DNA of 64,000 bases, from positions 1,336 through 65,335 of the forward strand of contig JBBRNW010000013.1 in NCBI GenBank assembly GCA_038230015.1. The letters run 5' to 3'. Below, one piece after another: positions 30,387-39,883 of the stretch. A program made the position numbers and the translations under genes. Each line of letters begins with the position of its first letter. The stretch's first letter is position 1. This stretch comes from Hyphomicrobiales bacterium (GTDB taxonomy: Bacteria; Pseudomonadota; Alphaproteobacteria; Rhizobiales; Aestuariivirgaceae). Below the pieces are notes generated by a model that did not search any database, was not told the DNA's origin, and saw only the letters and a program-made list of their open reading frames with translations.

Positions 30387-31520
30387 CTAACAAGTATTTT
30401 TCGTAAGATGATGTGCGGCAACCAGCGCTTCGAGCTGTTTAAACTGTGCTGCCGGATTTTTAAGCTTCACCCAAGAAATGAAATCAACAATACGGCGCTC
30501 AATTTTGTAAGCGTGGTTTTGTGCAATGTCGCTGATGCGGTGTTTCAGAAACGGATTTTCAAACCGTTCCAGCGTGCTTGATACGTATGCTTTTGCGGCC
30601 TCTCGCATATGGTGCACAGCAAATCCAGGAATGACTTCACGTTCATAGAGTAACAAGAGCCGCTGCTTTATCTCGCGGTCCTGCAGTATCGCAAACACCG
30701 TTTCGTCCACCATGCGATGTTCTGTTTTCCAGATTTCAGCCAGAAAAGTATGACCGAGGTTTAGAATATGCAACTTGAGACGCAAATAAGGTTCAAGATC
30801 ATCAGTGTAAACAATAGAGGGATGGTGCAATGGCTCGACAAAACCAGGTAGGCGCTTAATCGCCCATAAGCCGTAAGGTTCGCCTATGGCGCCAACAGGC
30901 TCCAGTGCTTCTGACACAATGCGGTCCACCAATGTGTCACAAAACATCACCTTGCGCGCCAGCCAGGTTTTGAAGCTGACAGAATCTCCCGCTGTTTCAG
31001 AAAGCCCGGTCACGATTTTTGACAAAACCTGACCGTTGTTGCTGACGAGCTCGCAAGGCAGAATCGTCAAAGATTTACGATTTTTCTCAAAGCGATGCAA
31101 AAGCAGAGCGTGCAATTTTGCCGGAAAACTAGGGGGCGGGAGTTGCGGAGATATGTCATGCTCGGCTAGACTAAGGTCATATCCCGTTTCGCCAACATTG
31201 CTGATGACTATTTCGGTTTCATGGGCAAAGACATGTTTCAGTTTTTCCCACTCTGAGTTCGCATCCAGCGCACAGACCACGCTGGTCACATGAATGGTTT
31301 CATCAACAGGTTTGCCGTTTTCCAACCCCCTCAAGCGAACAGGATAGCCACCGGCCGTGTTGAAACCATCAACTCGATTGGCACGCAAGGCTGAACTGGA
31401 TGTTTTCACGATGGTGATGGGGCCAATGTCTTGTCCGGCTACTCGTGCTTCATGCACAAAAAGATCCGCATGTGCCTGTAAAAAGCGGCTGGTGCCAAAT
31501 TGAAGGATGCGGTGGGTCAT
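30387..31520 (-). CDS. Mannitol dehydrogenase-family oxidoreductase (UxaB/UxuB-like)
   Basis: ILQFGTSRFLQAHADLF, LPCELVSNNG, DTLVDRIV, LKLHILNLGH, RFENPFLKHRISDIAQNH. Confidence 0.85.
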   Translation of the reverse strand: MTHRILQFGTSRFLQAHADLFVHEARVAGQDIGPITIVKTSSSALRANRVDGFNTAGGYPVRLRGLENGKPVDETIHVTSVVCALDANSEWEKLKHVFAHETEIVISNVGETGYDLSLAEHDISPQLPPPSFPAKLHALLLHRFEKNRKSLTILPCELVSNNGQVLSKIVTGLSETAGDSVSFKTWLARKVMFCDTLVDRIVSEALEPVGAIGEPYGLWAIKRLPGFVEPLHHPSIVYTDDLEPYLRLKLHILNLGHTFLAEIWKTEHRMVDETVFAILQDREIKQRLLLLYEREVIPGFAVHHMREAAKAYVSSTLERFENPFLKHRISDIAQNHAYKIERRIVDFISWVKLKNPAAQFKQLEALVAAHHLTKNTC

Positions 31521-32299
31521 TTCAAATGGCAGCCAGCAGTTCTTTTCTGAGCCAGATATTCATCAATCACAGTCTGCAATCTCGACCCTGAAAAACTGGG
31601 GAAATGACCGCCATGAATTGTACCCACAGGAAATGTCATCAACCGCCGCAGTGATGTTTCATAGTCACCAAGATCGGAATGGTAGGCATCATCAATCAGG
31701 GGACCATCATAAACAATATCACCCGATAGCAATGTAGCCGTTTTCTTTTCCCACAGCGCGATCCCGCCGGGTGAATGTCCGGGTGTGTGAATGACCTCGA
31801 AAACCCGGTTACCCAAATCAATTTCATCGCCATCGTTTAAAAGTCGTGTGGCGGGGGCGGCAAGAATTTTATAATCTTCAGTGCGCCAGCCTTCCGGCAC
31901 ACCATCAAACATTTCAAGTGTGGCATAGCGGTCAGCTGCCGTAAGATGGTTAAGCGGATTTGCCAAAATCTCTGCCTCGGCGCAGTGGATGCAGCGATTG
32001 CTGAATTCGTGGTGATTGCCGATATGATCAAAATGGCTATGGCTTGCCACGCAGATGATTGGACGTTCTCGAAGTTCTGCGACAGCGCTGAGAAGCGGAA
32101 AGTGCCCAAGACCAGTATCAAACAGCAAATCCGCATCACGGCCCTGCACATGCCACATGTTGCAGCGGAAAAACGTTTTGATCCACGGCTCGTGAACAAG
32201 ATTGATCTCGTTATCGTTCTTCACAACTTCATACCAGCGATCTTCGGTGATGATGGGAAGGTTTGTCATCGTGTCGCTCTCATTTCCATTTGATTTCAA
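31517..32299 (-). CDS. Metallo-beta-lactamase-fold hydrolase (start may be ATG 32269)
   Basis: SHSHFDHIG (HxHxDH), HTPGHSPG, SGDIVY, GGHF; ATGA overlap with the downstream dehydrogenase. Confidence 0.85.
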   Translation of the reverse strand: MKSNGNESDTMTNLPIITEDRWYEVVKNDNEINLVHEPWIKTFFRCNMWHVQGRDADLLFDTGLGHFPLLSAVAELRERPIICVASHSHFDHIGNHHEFSNRCIHCAEAEILANPLNHLTAADRYATLEMFDGVPEGWRTEDYKILAAPATRLLNDGDEIDLGNRVFEVIHTPGHSPGGIALWEKKTATLLSGDIVYDGPLIDDAYHSDLGDYETSLRRLMTFPVGTIHGGHFPSFSGSRLQTVIDEYLAQKRTAGCHLK

Positions 32300-32356
32300 T
32301 TGACTGCAAAATCAAATTCCCGCAAGCTTTAATCAGATCAGGCGAAGGGGACAAAT

Positions 32357-33412
32357 ATGAAATACAACTTTTCAAAATGGATGGTGGGAACAGCCACGAG
32401 TGTCTTTATGTTGGCTGGCGCAGCCACGGCGGCTGATCTCAATGCGCTGATTTGGTGCGATCATGCTGACCCTGCCTTGCTGAAGCCATTTGAAGATGCA
32501 AACGGCATCAAAGTGAATATCAAGGAATTCGAAGGCACCGGAGCTGGCCTTGCCATTGTTGATCAATCCAAGCCCGGAGATTGGGATGTCATGGTGATTG
32601 ACTCCATTGATATTCGCCGCGGAGTTGAGCGCAAGCTGTTTGAACCCTTGCCCGAAGACAAATTGCCCTTTACCGACTTGTTCGCCGAAGTGACCATGGA
32701 TGCCATGACCAAGATAGACGGCAAGCGATACGGCATTACCGAAAAATTCGGATACAACACGATCGGCTTCAATTCAAACAAGGTCGATCCGGCTGACATG
32801 GACACGCTGTCGGTTTTGACAAATGAGAAATACAAAGGGCGCGTGGCCATCTATGATTACTACCTGCCCATCATGGGATTGGCCGCCATGGCGATTGGCA
32901 AGAAGACCGCCGACCTGACTGAAGCTGACCTTCCCAGCCTCAAAGAGATCTTGTTGAAGATGAAGGCCAATGCCAAGGCCATAACGGATGTGGCAGCCAG
33001 CCAGACAGCGATTGCCACAGGTGAGGCTGATATTCTGGTGGGCGGTGGCGAATGGGTGACAGCCGGTATTGCCAAGGAAAACCCCGACCTCAATTTCTCT
33101 ATTCCCAAAGAAGGCGCAGTATTGTGGTCGCAGTCTTTGGCGATGTTCAAGGACTCCAACAATAAGGACATGGCGCTCAAGTTCATTCAATATATCATGA
33201 GCCCGGAAGGCCAGGCGCGGCTTTCAACATCATCGTGCTATTGGGGCATGCCTTCCAACACCAAAGCTGCGTTGAACAATGATCAGAAAAAGATTTTACG
33301 CTTTGACGAGCAGCCTGAGTTTCTAAAGCGGGCGCAAGCTTACCCTGCGCCATCAGAAGCACTCGATAAAAAAATGCAGGATTTGTGGACTGAAGTTCTG
33401 CAAACCAATTGA
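32357..33412 (+). CDS. Polyamine-type ABC solute-binding protein (PotD/PotF family)
   Basis: Signal peptide; WCDHADP...FEDANGIKV; IPKEGAVLWSQ; KFIQYIMSPEGQ. Confidence 0.85.
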   Translation: MKYNFSKWMVGTATSVFMLAGAATAADLNALIWCDHADPALLKPFEDANGIKVNIKEFEGTGAGLAIVDQSKPGDWDVMVIDSIDIRRGVERKLFEPLPEDKLPFTDLFAEVTMDAMTKIDGKRYGITEKFGYNTIGFNSNKVDPADMDTLSVLTNEKYKGRVAIYDYYLPIMGLAAMAIGKKTADLTEADLPSLKEILLKMKANAKAITDVAASQTAIATGEADILVGGGEWVTAGIAKENPDLNFSIPKEGAVLWSQSLAMFKDSNNKDMALKFIQYIMSPEGQARLSTSSCYWGMPSNTKAALNNDQKKILRFDEQPEFLKRAQAYPAPSEALDKKMQDLWTEVLQTN

Positions 33413-34248
33413 GCTTTTCACAGAACAGAGCCGTTGCCTGGACAAGTGTTTCACCTGCGCTTTTGTGGACTCTGGTTTTTTTCGCAGTGCCATTTGTGGC
33501 GATGGCGGTTGCCAGCCTTTTTCCGCAAGGGGGTGAGGGCCTTGGCTTGGCCAACTACAGCCAATTTTTCACCACTCGAAGTTACTGGCTTGCGCTGGTA
33601 AATTCACTGCAAGTGACTTTGGGCGTTACGCTGATTTCCGTGGTTCTTGCCTATCCCTTTGCGTGGATCTTGGCGTTTGCCGTGCCCGAGCGCTGGCAGC
33701 GACTGGCGCTGATGTTGGCCGTGCTGCCGTTCTGGACGTCCTATGTGGTCAGGTCTTATTCGTGGCTGCTGGTGCTTGCCGAGAATGGCGTGATCAATAA
33801 AACGCTCATGATGGTTGGTGTGTTGTCGCAACCTGTTCAACTCGCCAACACCCGCTTGGCGACAATCATTGGTTTTGTGCATTTCTTTGTCATGTTGCTG
33901 ACATTGACAATTTACGCAAATCTCAAGCAGCTTTCGCCCAATTATGGCAAGGCCGCCGCAGACCTTGGCGCTTCACCAGTGCAGGCCTTCATCCATGTCA
34001 TTCTGCCCCTTACGTTTCCTGGAATCATGGTGGGTGCGTTTTTGACTTTTGTGCTCGCCATTGGCGACTACATCACGCCGCAAATTCTGGGTGGGAACAA
34101 CGAACTTCTAATGCCCCAACTCATCATGATGCAAATTGGGCGGCGCGGCGATTTTGCCTCGGCTTCCGCCCTTTCCATCATTTTGATGGCCGTGGTCACA
34201 CTCGCATATCTCGCTTGCTCGCGCTGGTTAAAGATTGAGAGGGCGTGA
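33409..34248 (+). CDS. Polyamine ABC permease (PotB-like)
   Basis: LPFWTSYVVRSYSW; AAADLGAS; GDYITPQILGG. Confidence 0.9.
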   Translation: MSFSQNRAVAWTSVSPALLWTLVFFAVPFVAMAVASLFPQGGEGLGLANYSQFFTTRSYWLALVNSLQVTLGVTLISVVLAYPFAWILAFAVPERWQRLALMLAVLPFWTSYVVRSYSWLLVLAENGVINKTLMMVGVLSQPVQLANTRLATIIGFVHFFVMLLTLTIYANLKQLSPNYGKAAADLGASPVQAFIHVILPLTFPGIMVGAFLTFVLAIGDYITPQILGGNNELLMPQLIMMQIGRRGDFASASALSIILMAVVTLAYLACSRWLKIERA

Positions 34249-35018
34249 TGAAGCCCATCTCCATCATTTATGCGGCTGCACTTTATGTGTTCATATTTTT
34301 GCCGGTGGCTGTGTTGGTGTTGTTTTCATTTCAAAGCACCATGTTTCCCATTCCGCCACTGAATGGCTTGTCTTTGCGCTGGTACGTGGCGGTGCTGAAT
34401 GATGCGCGGCTCACATCTGCATTGCTGAACTCAGTTGCCGTTGCGCTTTTGACCTCGGCACTCGCAACCCTACTAGGATTTCTGTCGGCCTGGGGCTTTG
34501 CACGATTTTATCTCCCCGCTTCGGTTTGGTTACGGGGTTTTATCACGCTTCCCTTGACAGTGAGTTATCTCATCATTGGCATGGGGCTCTTGATTTTTTT
34601 CAATTGGCTGGGCCTTCCCAAATCATTGCTGGCCGTTGGAATTGGCCATGTGGTGATCAATCTGCCTTTGTGCTTTGCGGTGATTTACAGCCAGATGGGC
34701 GAAAACCAAGCCAATATCGAGCGTGCAGCGCGCGATCTTGGGGCCGGGGAATTGCAAGTTTTGTCTCTCATCACAGCACCCATGCTGTGGCCCGCAGTGT
34801 TTGCCAGTTTCTTTTTATCCATGACATTCTCATGGGATGAATTTGTGATTTCATTTTTGCTGACACGGTTTGAAACCACATTGCCTGTGGAAATCTGGAA
34901 TCTCTTGCGTGCCGGACTCAATCCGAAAACCAATGCCGTAGGTTCGCTGGTGTTTGGCGTTTCAGTACTTCTCGCAATTGTGTTTGAGTTGTTTGCGTTT
35001 AGAAAGAAGCCTCAATGA
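34245..35018 (+). CDS. Polyamine ABC permease (PotC-like)
   Basis: LSLRWY; ERAARDLGA; SWDEFVIS; TLPVEIW. Confidence 0.9.
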   Translation: MMKPISIIYAAALYVFIFLPVAVLVLFSFQSTMFPIPPLNGLSLRWYVAVLNDARLTSALLNSVAVALLTSALATLLGFLSAWGFARFYLPASVWLRGFITLPLTVSYLIIGMGLLIFFNWLGLPKSLLAVGIGHVVINLPLCFAVIYSQMGENQANIERAARDLGAGELQVLSLITAPMLWPAVFASFFLSMTFSWDEFVISFLLTRFETTLPVEIWNLLRAGLNPKTNAVGSLVFGVSVLLAIVFELFAFRKKPQ

Positions 35019-36043
35019 CCACCTTGCTTGACGTTCAATCCTTGTATCATGAGTTCGGGGCAGCACACGCTGTTGAAAATGTGTCGCTCAAAATCGAGGC
35101 CGGAAGTTATACCGTATTGCTGGGTCCCTCCGGGTCTGGAAAAACGACCGTGCTTTCAATTCTGGGCGGATTTCTAAAGCCAACCCAAGGCCGCGTTTTT
35201 ATCAATGGCGTGGATTGCACAAATTTGCCGCCGGCAAAAAGGCCCACAGCAACCGTGTTTCAGGACTATGCGTTGTTTCCGCACATGACCATTGGCAACA
35301 ATGTGGCCTTCGGATTGCGAATGCGTGGGCTGGCCAAAGACGTCCGATTGAAAAAAGTCCGTGACATGTTGCAGATTGTCGGGCTGGACACATCGTTTGA
35401 TAAAAAGCCGCATCAACTATCTGGTGGTCAGAGGCAGCGTGTGGCTTTGGCACGCGCGTTGATTGTTGAGCCTTCCCTGCTGTTACTGGATGAACCCTTG
35501 GGTGCACTTGATCTCAAGCTTCGCCGCACGATGCAAGACGAACTGAAAGCCATTCAAAGGCGGGTGGGCACGGCATTTGTGCATGTGACCCATGACCAAG
35601 AAGAGGCCATGGCTTTGGCTGACCATATTGTGGTCATGAACAACGGCCGCATTGAAGATCAGGGCGCACCCGAGCGGGTTTACGGACGCCCTGCGACAAT
35701 TTTTACGGCAACCTTCATGGGCGAGAGCACGGTTATCCCTGCTAGCGAGACTGCTGCAGGTCAAGTTCACACATCAATCGGTGTTTTCAACTGTTCTTAT
35801 GCGAAGCCTGTTCAATTTCTCGCCATCCGGCCCGAGCATGTCAAACTTGGCGGTTCAATTCCGGTCGAAATTGTTGAAGTGGTTTATCAAGGGAGTTTCA
35901 AAAGGGTTGCTGCGGTGGCGCGGAACGATGCCAGCATCAGGATATTGTGCCGTGTTTCAGCGGATGCGCAAGTGAGCATTGGAGAAAATACAACGGTGGG
36001 GTTTGATCAGGCCCACTTGATAGCTCTGGATGGCCCTCACTAA
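35015..36043 (+). CDS. Polyamine ABC ATP-binding protein (PotA-like)
   Basis: GPSGSGKT, VFQDYALFPHM, LSGGQRQR, LLDEPLGALDLKLR. Confidence 0.9.
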   Translation: MTTLLDVQSLYHEFGAAHAVENVSLKIEAGSYTVLLGPSGSGKTTVLSILGGFLKPTQGRVFINGVDCTNLPPAKRPTATVFQDYALFPHMTIGNNVAFGLRMRGLAKDVRLKKVRDMLQIVGLDTSFDKKPHQLSGGQRQRVALARALIVEPSLLLLDEPLGALDLKLRRTMQDELKAIQRRVGTAFVHVTHDQEEAMALADHIVVMNNGRIEDQGAPERVYGRPATIFTATFMGESTVIPASETAAGQVHTSIGVFNCSYAKPVQFLAIRPEHVKLGGSIPVEIVEVVYQGSFKRVAAVARNDASIRILCRVSADAQVSIGENTTVGFDQAHLIALDGPH

Positions 36044-36178
36044 AGTTTGCTGAATTGCAGCATGGCCAGCGACATTGCGCCCGCAAACAATATTCGCTTC
36101 ATATGCTAAAGATGCCCGCGACATAATTTTGACAGGATTTTATTCCATGTCGTATTCTTTTATGGTCAGGTTGGAAAT

Positions 36179-38173
36179 ATGATTGCTGAACTCGGACATT
36201 TTGCTTTGCTGCTTGCGCTGATGACCAGTGCGGTTCAATCGAGCTTTCCGCTTTACGGGGCGCAGCGGCATGACCGTGCCTTGATGTCGCTTGCCAGCTA
36301 CTGCGGTGTTATATCTTTTTTGCTGGTGGCCTTTTCATTTGTAGCGCTTGCTGCTGCATTTGTGACTAATGATTTTTCAGTTTCCCTTGTGGCCAATGGT
36401 TCACAGATTGCCAAGCCGCTGATTTACAAAATTACCGGTGTTTGGGCTAATCATGAAGGTTCCATGTTGCTGTGGGTGCTGATCCTTGCAATTTTTTCAG
36501 CATTGATTGCAATTTTTGGAATAAATATCCCGGCACCGCTCAAGGCGCGGGTGTTGGCCGTGCAGGGCATGATAGCGACGGCGTTTCTGGCGTTCTTGAT
36601 TTTTACGTCAAACCCATTTTTGCGCCTGCTTGACCCGCCACGAGATGGCACGGGCATGAACCCAATTCTGCAAGATCCTGGGCTTGCAGTTCATCCCCCT
36701 TGTCTTTACCTCGGCTATGTGGGCTTTTCTGTCGCGTTCTCGTTTGCGGTTGCTGCCTTGATTGAGGGCAAAGTGGATGCTGCCTGGGCGCGCTGGGTGA
36801 GGCCTTGGGTGTTGGTGGCCTGGTGTTTTCTTACCATGGGGATCACACTTGGAAGCTTCTGGGCCTATTACATTCTCGGGTGGGGTGGCTGGTGGTTTTG
36901 GGACCCTGTGGAAAATGTGTCGCTGATGCCATGGCTGGCTGGCACGGCACTTTTGCATTCTGCCTTGGTGGTGGAACGCCGCCACGCGCTGGTGTCGTGG
37001 ACCATTCTTCTCTCCATCCTCACATTCTCACTGAGTTTGATTGGCACTTTCGTGGTGCGATCTGGCGTGTTGACGAGTGTTCATTCCTTCGCAACAGACC
37101 CCTTGCGTGGCACTTTCATTTTGCTGATTTTGGTGGTGGCAACAGGGGGAGCCTTGCTGCTCTATGCGTTTCGCATTCCTGTTGTGAAGCAGGGTGTACC
37201 TTTTGCCGCCGTGAGCCGCGAAAGCAGCTTGCTGTTGAACAACGCCTTGCTGATGGTTTCGGTTGCGACAGTTTTTATCGGAACATTCTATCCCCTGCTG
37301 ATTGATCTGATGGGGAGCGATAAAATTTCAATCGGTCCGCCTTATTACAACAAGACTTTTTTGCCACTTTTCATTCCGCTTTTGGTGGCCATGGTGATTG
37401 GACCGTTTTTAAAGTGGAAGCGAGATGATCTTAAAGGGGTCCTCAGAAAACTGAACGTGCCTTTGGTTGTTGCCTTACTTGCAGTTGCGGCCGTTGCCAT
37501 CTGGTCGGTGGGCGCGCATCTCTTGACGGCGCTGGGGCTGGGCCTTTCGGCATGGATTGTTGTGGGGTCATTTTGGGTTTTGGCCAAGCGGCTAAAGATG
37601 GGGCAGGTGTCGCTTGCCGCATCCTTCGACATCTTGCGGACCACGCCGCGCGCCTATCTGGGGCTGTTTTTTGCGCATATGGGTTTGGGGTTGGTGGTTG
37701 GTGCCATTGCCACTGTTACGACATGGCAGCAGGAAAATATCCTGGCCATGAAATTGGGCGATCAAACTACTATTTCAAGCTATGCGATAAAGATGGTCAA
37801 CATCGAGGCGGTGCCAGGCCCCAATTATGATGCAGAGCGCGGCAGCTTTGAGCTTTCCTCGGGCGGACAGGTTTTCAAGGTCTTAACCGCCGAGCGGCGT
37901 TTTTATCCGGTGCAACAAATGCAAACCAACCAGACCGGCATTCGCACCAACTGGTTTTCCAACATCTATATCGCCATGGGGGATGCTGACACTTCAGGCG
38001 GGTGGACCGTTCGGATCTATTATCATCCCTTGGCGCCGTGGTTGTGGATTGGCGGCTTCACAATGGCGTTTGGCGGTTTCATGTCTCTGTCTGATCGCAG
38101 ATTCCGCGTGGGTGTTGGGCAGGTTGTAAAACCTAGCCCTGCGGTGCCAACCGGCATCAAGGTTCCTGCATGA
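36179..38173 (+). CDS. ccmF: Cytochrome c heme lyase subunit CcmF
   Basis: WANHEGSMLLW, HPPCLYLGYVG, WGGWWFWDPVEN (WWD), SVHSFA. Confidence 0.95.
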   Translation: MIAELGHFALLLALMTSAVQSSFPLYGAQRHDRALMSLASYCGVISFLLVAFSFVALAAAFVTNDFSVSLVANGSQIAKPLIYKITGVWANHEGSMLLWVLILAIFSALIAIFGINIPAPLKARVLAVQGMIATAFLAFLIFTSNPFLRLLDPPRDGTGMNPILQDPGLAVHPPCLYLGYVGFSVAFSFAVAALIEGKVDAAWARWVRPWVLVAWCFLTMGITLGSFWAYYILGWGGWWFWDPVENVSLMPWLAGTALLHSALVVERRHALVSWTILLSILTFSLSLIGTFVVRSGVLTSVHSFATDPLRGTFILLILVVATGGALLLYAFRIPVVKQGVPFAAVSRESSLLLNNALLMVSVATVFIGTFYPLLIDLMGSDKISIGPPYYNKTFLPLFIPLLVAMVIGPFLKWKRDDLKGVLRKLNVPLVVALLAVAAVAIWSVGAHLLTALGLGLSAWIVVGSFWVLAKRLKMGQVSLAASFDILRTTPRAYLGLFFAHMGLGLVVGAIATVTTWQQENILAMKLGDQTTISSYAIKMVNIEAVPGPNYDAERGSFELSSGGQVFKVLTAERRFYPVQQMQTNQTGIRTNWFSNIYIAMGDADTSGGWTVRIYYHPLAPWLWIGGFTMAFGGFMSLSDRRFRVGVGQVVKPSPAVPTGIKVPA

Positions 38174-38613
38174 GACTTGCGTTGCGCATTTTCATAGTGG
38201 CATTTTGCTTTATTTTCAGCAACCAATTGTCCTTTGCTGTTGTGCCCGATGAAGTGCTGAAAGATGCGGCACTTGAAACGCGTGCGCGCGACATCAGCAA
38301 AGATTTGCGCTGTCTTGTGTGCCAGAACGAATCCATTGATGATTCAAGTGCGCCGCTTGCAAAGGACTTGCGTGTGCTGGTTCGGGAACGTCTTACCCTT
38401 GGAGACACTGACACGCAGATTTTTGACTATGTGGTTGCCCGCTATGGCAATTACGTGCTGTTGAAACCGCCGTTCAAGGCGGACACTTTTTTACTGTGGG
38501 CCGCACCTTTTATAGTGATGCTGATTGCGTTGGCCGCGTTGTTCACCACTTTGCGCAAGAGCGCCCCTGTTGATGACGAGATGGGGTTAGAAGCGAAAGA
38601 TGATCTCTCATGA
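38170..38613 (+). CDS. ccmH: Cytochrome c biogenesis protein CcmH
   Basis: LRCLVCQNESIDDS CxxC; VARYGNYVLLKPP. Confidence 0.95.
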   Translation: MRLALRIFIVAFCFIFSNQLSFAVVPDEVLKDAALETRARDISKDLRCLVCQNESIDDSSAPLAKDLRVLVRERLTLGDTDTQIFDYVVARYGNYVLLKPPFKADTFLLWAAPFIVMLIALAALFTTLRKSAPVDDEMGLEAKDDLS

Positions 38614-39746
38614 GTTTATGGCTTTTGATGACCATGCTGTGCAGTGCCGCTGCCGTTGGCATATCAATTCCCTTGATCCGAAAGTTAGATCAACCACAAT
38701 CCACTGCCATGGATATTGCTGTTTATGAGGATCAGCTGAAGGAAATTGACCGGGATCTTTTATCCGGCACCATAAACAGGCCTGAGGCAGAGGCAGCAAA
38801 ACTTGAAATTCAGCGTCGCTTGAGCCGTGCGGTTAAATCCCAAACGATTGTCACTCCCTTGTCTGCCCGGTGGCGCAATTTCTCGCTTATTGCATCTGCG
38901 GGTGTGGTGATTATCGGCAGTGTGAGCCTCTACAGCAGTTTGGGCCGTCCTGATCTCGTTTCGGCGCCGCGACAACCTGGTGCAAAACCTGCCGTAGCAG
39001 ACCAAAACATTCCCAACGATGCGGTTGAAAAAATAACCGCCCAGCTGAAAGCTAACCCGAAAGACGCCCAAGGGTGGCGCATGCTGGGCCTCACACAATT
39101 CAATTTGCAACAATATCCTGAAGCCGCTGAGGCCTATGCCAAGGCTTTAGCCCTTGAGCCTGACAACATTGATTTCAAATCAGCCTACGGCGAGGCGGTA
39201 GTTCAAGTGGCGCAAGGCATTGTCACGCCTGCTGCTCAAGCCCTGTTTGCCGACGTGCTTTCAAAAAACCCGAAGGAACCGCGGGCACGCTATTATGATG
39301 CCATTATGCATGAACAGGCAGCAGACAAGTCTGGTGCACTTGAGCGGTGGACAGCGTTACTTGCCGATACACCGGCGGATGCCGGGTGGCGCAACGACGT
39401 AAGGCAACGCATAGAGGTATTGGGCAAGGCATTGGGCCGCGACGTGACAGCGGGCCTTGCAACTCCTGGGCCTGCCCTCAGTGAGGAACAGAAGGCAAGC
39501 GTTGCAAAACTTGCGCCTGCCGAACAACAAAAAATGATTGAAACAATGGTTGAGCGACTGGCTTCAAGGCTGGTGGCCAATCCCAATGACAGCGATGGCT
39601 GGATTGGCTTGATGCGCGCCTATAAGGTTCTGGATCAGCCAGAAAAGGCAAAGCAGGCAAAACGTGATGGATTGACTGCATTTACGACTGATGCGGCACA
39701 GCGTGAGAAAATCTCGGCCGCTGCAAAAGAGCTTGGCGTAAACTAA
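38610..39746 (+). CDS. ccmI: Cytochrome c biogenesis TPR protein CcmI/CycH
   Basis: VYEDQLKEIDRD...EIQRRL; LYSSLGRPD; TPR repeats (ANPKDAQGWRMLG). Confidence 0.9.
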   Translation: MSLWLLMTMLCSAAAVGISIPLIRKLDQPQSTAMDIAVYEDQLKEIDRDLLSGTINRPEAEAAKLEIQRRLSRAVKSQTIVTPLSARWRNFSLIASAGVVIIGSVSLYSSLGRPDLVSAPRQPGAKPAVADQNIPNDAVEKITAQLKANPKDAQGWRMLGLTQFNLQQYPEAAEAYAKALALEPDNIDFKSAYGEAVVQVAQGIVTPAAQALFADVLSKNPKEPRARYYDAIMHEQAADKSGALERWTALLADTPADAGWRNDVRQRIEVLGKALGRDVTAGLATPGPALSEEQKASVAKLAPAEQQKMIETMVERLASRLVANPNDSDGWIGLMRAYKVLDQPEKAKQAKRDGLTAFTTDAAQREKISAAAKELGVN

Positions 39747-39822
39747 GACCTTTCAAAGAGAGTGACTGCGCGCTCCTTGGCACTCCGCGTCTATCTTGCC
39801 TTTGCTGAAGCCCTTGCAACCC

Positions 39823-39848
39823 ATCATCCCTGCTTTCGCGGGAATGAC
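39823..39848 (-). repeat. REP-like palindrome, copy 1
   Basis: rc GTCATTCCCGC-GAAA-GCAGGGATGAT, between convergent ccmI and BMP genes. Confidence 0.7.
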
Positions 39849-39883
39849 GGATTACAGTCTTATAACTTCAGACCCAGAATGTC

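Noticed and set aside
32290-32315. FNR/FixK box
   Set aside because: TTGAT and ATCAA are 16 nt apart, not 4.
36069-36084. RegA/RegR box upstream of ccmF (GCGACATTGCGCCCGC)
   Set aside because: One base too long for the consensus, and GC-rich motifs arise by chance; plausible but unsupported.
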